From Acidobacterium sp. (GTDB lineage Bacteria; Acidobacteriota; Vicinamibacteria; Vicinamibacterales; UBA2999), in contig NSIL01000003.1 in assembly GCA_002737365.1 (NCBI GenBank), forward strand, positions 19,100-83,099: a DNA stretch of 64,000 bases, given 5' to 3'. This document shows positions 57,988-64,000 of this stretch, piece by piece. The position numbers were made by a program, and so were the translations under genes. The notes under the pieces were generated by a model. It was given only the letters and a program-made list of their open reading frames with translations, made no database searches and was not told the origin of the DNA. How positions within the stretch are numbered: the first letter of the stretch is position 1; the number at the start of each line of letters is the position of its first letter.

Positions 57988-60501
57988 TTATCTCCCTGCC
58001 TTGGTTTCGGTCGTGGTGACTTCGGTCTCTACCCGCTTCATCCTGAAGGCATCGCTCTTCACGACCCCCAGGACGAACGAAGATACTTTGTAGTTCGTGG
58101 ACTCGGCGGCGCGGGCAATCGCGCGCACCGTCGGCTGGTCGTAGGACTCGACGCGCCGGCCGAGGGCATAGGCCATCAAGTTCTCGGTGAAGTTGCGCAC
58201 CAGCGGCGTCGGCCGCTTGGTCAGCGCGGTCGTCAGTTCCGACAGCGAGGTGACCTTGGTGCCGTCGTAGAAATCGCCGGCGGTGTCGAGCGGCATGCCG
58301 TTTTCGCGCACCCGCCACTTGGCCGTCACGTCGAAGTTGTCGAGCGCCAGGCCAATCGGATCCATGAACCGGTGGCACGAATTGCAGGTCGGGTTCTGGC
58401 GATGGATTTCCATCTTCTCGCGCGTCGTCAGCAGGCGGCCTTCCTTGGCCTCGCCGGCTTCTTCGAGCGCGGGAATGTTGGGCGGTGGCGGCGGTGGCGG
58501 GGTGCCGAGCAGCACTTCCATCACCCACTTGCCACGCAGCACCGGTGAGGTGCGGTTGGCCAGCGACGTCTGCACCAGCACGCTGCCCTGGCCGAGTACG
58601 CCGCGGCGCGAGGCATCGGGATATTCGAAGCGTCGGAACTGGTTGCCGACCACGCCGCGGTAGCCGTAGTGACGCGCCAACCGCTCGTTGAGGTAGGTGT
58701 AGTCGGCCGTCAGCAGATCCAGCACGCTGCGGTCTTCCTTGACCAGGCTGTTGAAGAACATCCGGGTCTCGGTGCGCATCGCGGCGGCGAGGTTCTCGTC
58801 GAAATTCGGGTAGAAGTTGGGGTCGGGATGCACCTTTTCGACATCCTGCAGCCGTAGCCACTGGGCGGCAAAACGGCTGGCCAGCGCTTCCGAGCGCGGG
58901 TCGGCCAGCATGCGGCGGGCGTACTTGTCGAGGCCGGCGGCCGTCGACAACTCGCGGCGCGCCGCGGCGTCGATCAAGTCCTTGTCTGGCGGCAGGCCCC
59001 AGAGGAAGAACGACAGGCGCGACGCCAGGTCGACATCGGCAACGCGGTAGGTGCCGCCGCTGCGCGCGTCGGTCGGCGCGCGTTCAAGGCGGAAGATGAA
59101 GTGCGGGCTGGCGAGAATCGCTTCGAGCGCGCCACGCACGCCCATCTCAAAGCCACCCTTGGCCGCAGCGGTCTCGTAGAACGGCATCAGCCGATCGACT
59201 TCAGCGGCCGTCACGGGACGGCGATACGCCGCGGTGCCAAGGTGCGTCACGATCTTGCGCGCGCACGGAACCTCGTCGGTCGTCGAGGTTGGCCGGCAGG
59301 TGAAAATCTTCTGGCGGCTCGCGGTGGTCGAGATGCCGGTGGTCTTCATCGGCCCGCGAATCACGAAGTCGCGCATGTGAGGCAGGGTGGTGATACCGCT
59401 GCCGCCCGAGCCGCCGCCGGCATAAGACCAGTCGTGAGGCCGGATCAGGTCTTCGTAGGGGCCGTCGATCTTGCGGACAAACGCGGCCGCCACCTTGTGC
59501 TGCCCGGCCCGCACCAGGAAGGGCTCGGTGCGCAGGGGCGTCTGGCCGCGGCCATCGGCGCCGGCAATGTTGACCAATTCGTACTCGACCAGCGCCAGGC
59601 GCTGGCCATCAATCGACAGGTCGATGTCCTCAAACCGTGTGTTCTCGCCCGAGTTGAAGGTCATCCCGAAGGTGTACTCGCCGTCAGCCGGGAACACGTG
59701 GTTGATGACCATGCCGCCGCGGGTGCCGTAGGGCGCACCCTCGACATGATCCCACGGGTGCTGGGACATGTAGCTCGGGTTGGCGTAGGTGGTGTCGATC
59801 GACGGCGCGTCCTTGTCACCCACCGCCATACGGCTGATGTCGGCGGCGCCGTTCAGGTACGACTCGAGCAACGTCGGCGACAGCGCCTGTTCGTCGGCGA
59901 TGTTGTCGAAATTCGCGCTCATGGTGTCGTTCGGCAGCCAGCTGCCGGCGTCGACATCCAGAGCGAGCAGTTCCTTGACGGCGCGAGTGTACTCGGGGCG
60001 ATTCAAGCGCTGAAAGGTGCGCCCGCCGGGATTGGGGTTGGCCCTGGCGTAGGTGTCAACCGTGGTCTCGAGCGAGGTGATCAGTTTCTGATAGGCGGCC
60101 GGTTCCGGCCGCGGCATGCCCGGCGGCGGCATCATGCTCGCCTGCATCTTGCGAATCATCCGCTCGGCCACGTCGGAGTCGTGGCCGACCTTCGCGATGT
60201 CAAACGACGCGAGCGTGAGGTTGCCCGCCTTGCCACGATCGCTGTGGCAACCAGCGCAGTAGCGCTTCACGAGCGCGTTCTGTTCCTCGTGCGAGGTCGC
60301 CGAGGCTTGCAGCGCCACCTGTAGGGACAAACCTTTCTTGTCCGCCGAAGCGCGTGGCGCGAACGTGGAAGATTTGTCCGCCACGGCAGACGCTGGTACC
60401 GATGGCACTGGCTTCGGGGCAGGCTGCTGTCCCGCGAGTACAACTACAAGCCCGAGGCACACGGCTGCTGTGCCCAGGGTGATGGAACCGACGCTCTTCA
60501 T
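57988..60501 (-). CDS. DUF1587/DUF1592/DUF1595/DUF1588/DUF1585-type multidomain protein with two CxxCH motifs
   Basis: Signal anchor. CAGCH near residue 83 and CNSCH near residue 712. FFLWGLPPD, TSPVLRGKWV..LLGTPPPPPPPN. Confidence 0.8.
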   Translation of the reverse strand: MKSVGSITLGTAAVCLGLVVVLAGQQPAPKPVPSVPASAVADKSSTFAPRASADKKGLSLQVALQASATSHEEQNALVKRYCAGCHSDRGKAGNLTLASFDIAKVGHDSDVAERMIRKMQASMMPPPGMPRPEPAAYQKLITSLETTVDTYARANPNPGGRTFQRLNRPEYTRAVKELLALDVDAGSWLPNDTMSANFDNIADEQALSPTLLESYLNGAADISRMAVGDKDAPSIDTTYANPSYMSQHPWDHVEGAPYGTRGGMVINHVFPADGEYTFGMTFNSGENTRFEDIDLSIDGQRLALVEYELVNIAGADGRGQTPLRTEPFLVRAGQHKVAAAFVRKIDGPYEDLIRPHDWSYAGGGSGGSGITTLPHMRDFVIRGPMKTTGISTTASRQKIFTCRPTSTTDEVPCARKIVTHLGTAAYRRPVTAAEVDRLMPFYETAAAKGGFEMGVRGALEAILASPHFIFRLERAPTDARSGGTYRVADVDLASRLSFFLWGLPPDKDLIDAAARRELSTAAGLDKYARRMLADPRSEALASRFAAQWLRLQDVEKVHPDPNFYPNFDENLAAAMRTETRMFFNSLVKEDRSVLDLLTADYTYLNERLARHYGYRGVVGNQFRRFEYPDASRRGVLGQGSVLVQTSLANRTSPVLRGKWVMEVLLGTPPPPPPPNIPALEEAGEAKEGRLLTTREKMEIHRQNPTCNSCHRFMDPIGLALDNFDVTAKWRVRENGMPLDTAGDFYDGTKVTSLSELTTALTKRPTPLVRNFTENLMAYALGRRVESYDQPTVRAIARAAESTNYKVSSFVLGVVKSDAFRMKRVETEVTTTETKAGR

Positions 60502-60687
60502 TCCAACACTCCCGCTGTGCCAGGTGCCAAGCCGCTAGCTAGCTCGGCTTCCTAGCTTTCGTATCTGCGCCGACTATACACCCAATCTCGGGGCCAGATG
60601 GATGAGCCCATGAGAGATGACTTTTGGTGACATTTGCAGACAATCAGGCCTGAAACCGCACCCTGCCTGGCGCATAATGTGCCGGTG

Positions 60688-62280
60688 ATGACCTTACGCG
60701 GGCTCCTGTCGATCGGGGTGATTCTCGGCGCGCTGGTACCAGTTGGAGCCCAGAGGGCGGTTGACCTCGACTCGGCGACCATCGCGGACCTGGGCGCCGC
60801 CTTCGCGGCCGGGACGTTGACCTCCGAACAGTTGGTGCAACGCCACCTCGCGCGCATTCAGGCTTACGACCGGCAGGGACCGGCATTGCGTGCCGTCATC
60901 GCGCTCAACCCCAAGGCCCTCGAGACCGCGCGCGCCCTGGACGCCGAACGCAAGGCGAAGGGCCCGCGCTCGCCGCTTCACGGCATTCCCGTCGTGCTCA
61001 AGGACAACTACGACACGGCCGACCTCCCGACGACCGGCGGCTCGGTCCTGCTCGAAGGCTCCCTTCCGCCAGACGACGCCTTCCTCGTCAAGAAGCTGCG
61101 CGCCGCCGGCGCGATTGTTCTCGCCAAGCTCAACATGTCGGAGTTTGCCTCGGGCGCGGCCATCAGCTCACTCGGCGGACCGACCCGCAACCCCCACGAC
61201 CTGTTGCGTACCCCGGCAGGATCGTCGGGCGGCACCGGCGCCGCGATCGCCGCGGCCTTCGCCACAGTCGGCCTCGGCACTGACACCGGCGGATCGATTC
61301 GCGGACCCGCCACGGCCAACGGCATCGCCGGACTGAAGCCGACACATGGTCTGTTGAGCCGCGACGGCATCATCCCGCTCGCGCTCAGCTTCGACACCGG
61401 CGGGCCGATGGCCAGAAGCGTGTCGGATGTCGCCGCCGTGCTCGGCGTCATGACCGGCGTCGACCCGGCCGACCCGGCGACGAAAAAAAGCGAGGGACGC
61501 TTCGAGACCAACTACACCAAGTACCTGAATGCCGGCGCGTTGAAGGGCGCGCGCATTGGCGTCGGCCGCGACTTCATGGGACAGGACGCCGACGTCGACT
61601 GGGTGATGGAGTCCGCGCTCGAGGCCATGCGCCAGGCCGGCGCGACGATCGTCGACGTGCGCTTTCCGTCGTGGTTGCTCGCGGCCAAAGGCGAGTTCTA
61701 CAACGCGATCCGGTATCCGGAGTTTGCCGCCCAGATCACCGACTACCTTGCCACCACCGGCCCGCAGTATCCCAAGACGCTCGACCAGTTGATCGAACGG
61801 GCGCGGAAAGTGAACGCGCCACGGCCCGACGGCGGCGGACCCAACCCCGGTCGATGGACGCTGATGAAGCGGGAGGCCGGCAGCGGCAGTCTCGACGCTT
61901 ATGGCTACGTCGCGGTCCGCGACCACGGACTGCCGCTGGTGCGCGGCGTGGTCGAGGGCCTGCTGGCCGCGCAGACGCTCGACGCGATCGTGTATCCGAC
62001 CGCGTCGACCCGTCCGCAGCTCATCGCCGCACCACCAGACGTGCCGGGTGGCGGCGCGACCTCCCCGGCGAACATCGCCAACCTGACGGGCTTTCCGGAT
62101 CTGATCGTGCCCGCGGGATTCACCGGCGACCGCCTGCCGGTCGGCCTGTCGTTTCTTGGGCCCGCGTTCAGCGAACCGCGGTTGCTGGCCCTCGGCTACA
62201 GCTTTGAGCAACTCTCGCGTGCGCGCCGGCTCCCGGTGCACACCCCATTGCTCAAGGGCGAGTCCATCCTGGTGCCGTAG
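60688..62280 (+). CDS. Amidase-signature (AS) family amidase, exported
   Basis: Start moved to ATG 60688 (MTLRGLLSIGVILGALVPVGA). GIPVVLKDN (Lys), GGSSGG-type AGSSGGTGAAIAA, GTDTGGSIRGPA. Confidence 0.88.
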   Translation: MTLRGLLSIGVILGALVPVGAQRAVDLDSATIADLGAAFAAGTLTSEQLVQRHLARIQAYDRQGPALRAVIALNPKALETARALDAERKAKGPRSPLHGIPVVLKDNYDTADLPTTGGSVLLEGSLPPDDAFLVKKLRAAGAIVLAKLNMSEFASGAAISSLGGPTRNPHDLLRTPAGSSGGTGAAIAAAFATVGLGTDTGGSIRGPATANGIAGLKPTHGLLSRDGIIPLALSFDTGGPMARSVSDVAAVLGVMTGVDPADPATKKSEGRFETNYTKYLNAGALKGARIGVGRDFMGQDADVDWVMESALEAMRQAGATIVDVRFPSWLLAAKGEFYNAIRYPEFAAQITDYLATTGPQYPKTLDQLIERARKVNAPRPDGGGPNPGRWTLMKREAGSGSLDAYGYVAVRDHGLPLVRGVVEGLLAAQTLDAIVYPTASTRPQLIAAPPDVPGGGATSPANIANLTGFPDLIVPAGFTGDRLPVGLSFLGPAFSEPRLLALGYSFEQLSRARRLPVHTPLLKGESILVP

Positions 62281-62305
62281 CCCGGCGCGCCAGTCGTCTG
62301 CGTCA

Positions 62306-63112
62306 TCACATCTTCTTGGTGGCCGTCATGGCCGAAGGCGCCGTCATCTTGATGGTGTTGCCTTCGACCGTGCCAGAGTACTTGGTCGTACCGGCCGTGA
62401 ACTCGATCGCTGCACCGTGCAGCCGGCCCTGAACGGCTTGCGTGCCGAGCGTGCCCGAGATTATCTGGAAGGTCTGCGTCAGCTTCAAGTCGCCGCCCGG
62501 TATAGCCCACGTGCCTTCGACCTTGGCGGGAACAATCCAGAGGAGCGCCGTGCACCAGCTGCTCGAGCAACCGTCCGTCACCGTCGCCGTTTCATCGGCC
62601 TGCCAGTCTTCCATGGTGAAGGTGTTGGCGACGATGCGGGTACCTGGCCGCAGGTTGAGGATCGTCGGCCGCAGCTTCATGTTGATGGACGGCAGCAGGA
62701 ACATGGTGATGACGTTGGCCTTCGACAGGTCGGTCTCGAACAAGTCGGCTTTCATGAACGTCGCGCGCGCCGTCATGCCCGCCGCCTCGGCGTTCTTCTT
62801 CGACAGGTCGACCATGTCAGGGTTGTACTCGATGCCCATCGCGCGGGCGCCGCGCTTGGCGGCGGTGATCACCGTGCGGCCGTCACCCGAACCGAGGTCC
62901 ATCACGAAGTCGTCCTTCGTGACCTTGGCCATGTCGAGCATCTTGTCGACCACGCCTTGCGGGGTGGGAACCCAGACCACGTCTTTGCCGGCCTGGCCGA
63001 CCTGGGGCTCGAAGGGCGTCTGTCCAGCCGCCGGGGCCTGCGCAGAGGCCGACGCGCTCACCATCACCGTCATTGCCACTACCAGAGAAGAAATTGCGCG
63101 ACGTGTGCTCAT
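62306..63112 (-). CDS. Class I SAM-dependent methyltransferase fold with N-terminal signal peptide and C-terminal beta domain
   Basis: MSTRRAISSLVVAMTVMVSASASAQA. VMDLGSGDGR motif I, ARAMGIEYN motif II. C-terminal approx 100 aa contains CSSSWC. Confidence 0.8.
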   Translation of the reverse strand: MSTRRAISSLVVAMTVMVSASASAQAPAAGQTPFEPQVGQAGKDVVWVPTPQGVVDKMLDMAKVTKDDFVMDLGSGDGRTVITAAKRGARAMGIEYNPDMVDLSKKNAEAAGMTARATFMKADLFETDLSKANVITMFLLPSINMKLRPTILNLRPGTRIVANTFTMEDWQADETATVTDGCSSSWCTALLWIVPAKVEGTWAIPGGDLKLTQTFQIISGTLGTQAVQGRLHGAAIEFTAGTTKYSGTVEGNTIKMTAPSAMTATKKM

Positions 63113-63132
63113 CGGGGTGTCTCCATGATTCG

Positions 63133-63456
63133 CTACAGGTAACTATCAGTCCTTAAGAACAACGAGCCGCCCGAGACGGCCATCGACGCCAGCAGCCCGC
63201 CATCGAGGCGGTTGGTGGCCAACCGGCGAAATTCTCGGCCCGGGGCAATGACCGTGGCCACGCCCTGCTCAGCCGGAAAGTATATGCTCCCGCCGGCAAA
63301 AACGGGTGACGCTGAATACGTGCCACCCAGCCGCTGCTGCCAAATCTGGGTGCCAGTGCGCGCATCAAGGCAGGTGGCGATGGCGTCAGCGGCGCGCCGC
63401 GGCTCAGTTTCCACGCGGTATGCGTCTTGGTGACATCGCCCGTCCCATCCGGGACA
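63133..63456 (-). pseudogene. 3' remnant of a PQQ-like/BamB-like beta-propeller gene
   Basis: The open frame is only about 107 codons (in-frame TGA at 63459-57). CLDARTGTQIWQQRLGGTYSASPVFAGGSIYF...SGGSLFLRTDSYL is the last 1-2 blades of a PQQ-repeat propeller. No ATG start (GTG at 63414 only). Upstream space is occupied by the toxin-antitoxin genes. Confidence 0.55.
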
Positions 63457-63708
63457 TCACAGCCGCAGATTACAAAGATTGCACAGAACAGACTCGGCGC
63501 CATCCTCGATGAGGCCCAGCGCGAACCCATCGTGATTCGCCGGCAGGATCGGGACATCGCGGTGGTGATGTCGATGGCCGATGACGAGCGACTCACGTCA
63601 GGCAACGTCCGCGCGTTTCTGGAGTTGCGCAACGAGGTCGCGGCACAAGCCGCCGCCGCCGGACTGACCGACGACCGGCTGGCCAGCCTGCTGACCGATG
63701 GCACGTGA
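63427..63708 (+). CDS. Phd/YefM-type antitoxin
   Basis: ITKIAQNRLGAILDEAQREPIVIRRQDRDIAVVMSMADDERL. TTG 63427 or GTG 63430 start. Overlaps the toxin start by 11 bp. Confidence 0.75.
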   Translation: MVTSPVPSGTSQPQITKIAQNRLGAILDEAQREPIVIRRQDRDIAVVMSMADDERLTSGNVRAFLELRNEVAAQAAAAGLTDDRLASLLTDGT

Positions 63709-64000
63709 GCGAATCGTCTTCGACACCAACCTCCTGATCAGTGGCGCGCTCTCGACCACCTCCACGCCGGCACGTGCTCTGGAGATGGCGGTCGCCAAGG
63801 GCGACCTGCTGGCATCGACGGAGACGCTTCGCGAGCTGACCGAGAAGCTGCTGTCGCCCAAGTTCGATGCCTGCGTGTCGCGCGAACAACGGGAAGCGCT
63901 CCTGCTGCACCTGGCGCCGCTGGTCGAGCTCGTGACGATCCTGCAAACGTTTCACGCGTCGCGCGATCCGAAGGATGACAAGTTCCTCGACGTCGCAGTG
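63698..64000 (+). CDS. PIN-domain toxin (PIN_3-like), 3' end outside the window
   Basis: Own translation from ATG 63698: MARERIVFDTNLLISGALSTTSTPARALE...SRDPKDDKFLDVAV (101 codons, open to the window edge). DTN and DxxDDKFL acidic motifs are typical of this PIN subfamily. Confidence 0.75.
   Translation, partial: MARERIVFDTNLLISGALSTTSTPARALEMAVAKGDLLASTETLRELTEKLLSPKFDACVSREQREALLLHLAPLVELVTILQTFHASRDPKDDKFLDVAV

Noticed and set aside
57986-58861. N-terminal 290-aa extension of the DUF1552 ORF (track 56573..58861)
   Set aside because: The extension overlaps the 3' part of the DUF1592 gene in another frame and is Arg/Pro-rich. A Tat-signal ATG with an RBS lies at 57985. Similar artificial extensions were trimmed at 10599..10658, 16548..16694, 30089..30259, 32623..32814 and 42876..43019.
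60529-60550. AAGCCG-CTAGCTAGCT-CGGCTT pseudo-palindrome in the divergent spacer upstream of the DUF1592 gene and the amidase
   Set aside because: The arms are offset by 1-2 nt around the GCTAGCTAGC core, so the symmetry is imperfect. There is no second copy in the window. Too weak to call an operator.

Overview
High-GC (by eye about two-thirds G+C), densely coding 64-kb stretch that reads like bacterial chromosome, not plasmid or phage. I count about 47 protein-coding genes and see no rRNA, tRNA, CRISPR array, transposase or integrase. Housekeeping nitrogen and carbon genes (gltB-gltD, amtB-glnK, gcdH, kynU-kynB, malate synthase) are interleaved with many exported hydrolases and oxidoreductases. 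These include five PQQ-type beta-propeller dehydrogenases (two in tandem carry N-terminal cytochrome c domains), a subclass-B3 metallo-beta-lactamase, an S45 penicillin/AHL-type acylase and several amidohydrolase-superfamily enzymes. There is also a class-A-beta-lactamase/FG-GAP/RidA triple fusion, a TetR-MFP-RND efflux operon and a DUF1592/DUF1552 pair. At the right edge a Phd/PIN toxin-antitoxin pair appears to have truncated a sixth beta-propeller gene. Gene content suggests a soil Acidobacteriota/Gemmatimonadota/Planctomycetota-like organism, but that is inference only. All family calls come from motifs read in the supplied translations, plus two edge-truncated ORFs I translated myself (1..674 minus, 63698..64000 plus). 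No database search was run. I do not see a clear-cut new defence or biosynthetic system. The most unusual items are: (1) the exported three-domain fusion at 33202..35769; (2) the DUF1592/DUF1552 module; (3) the ankyrin / sulfite-oxidase-family / acylase run; (4) the tandem N-terminal-cytochrome quinohemoproteins that run straight into an amidohydrolase-AroM pair; and (5) a four-half-site ATTACG palindrome array overlapping a probably leaderless ATPase gene.
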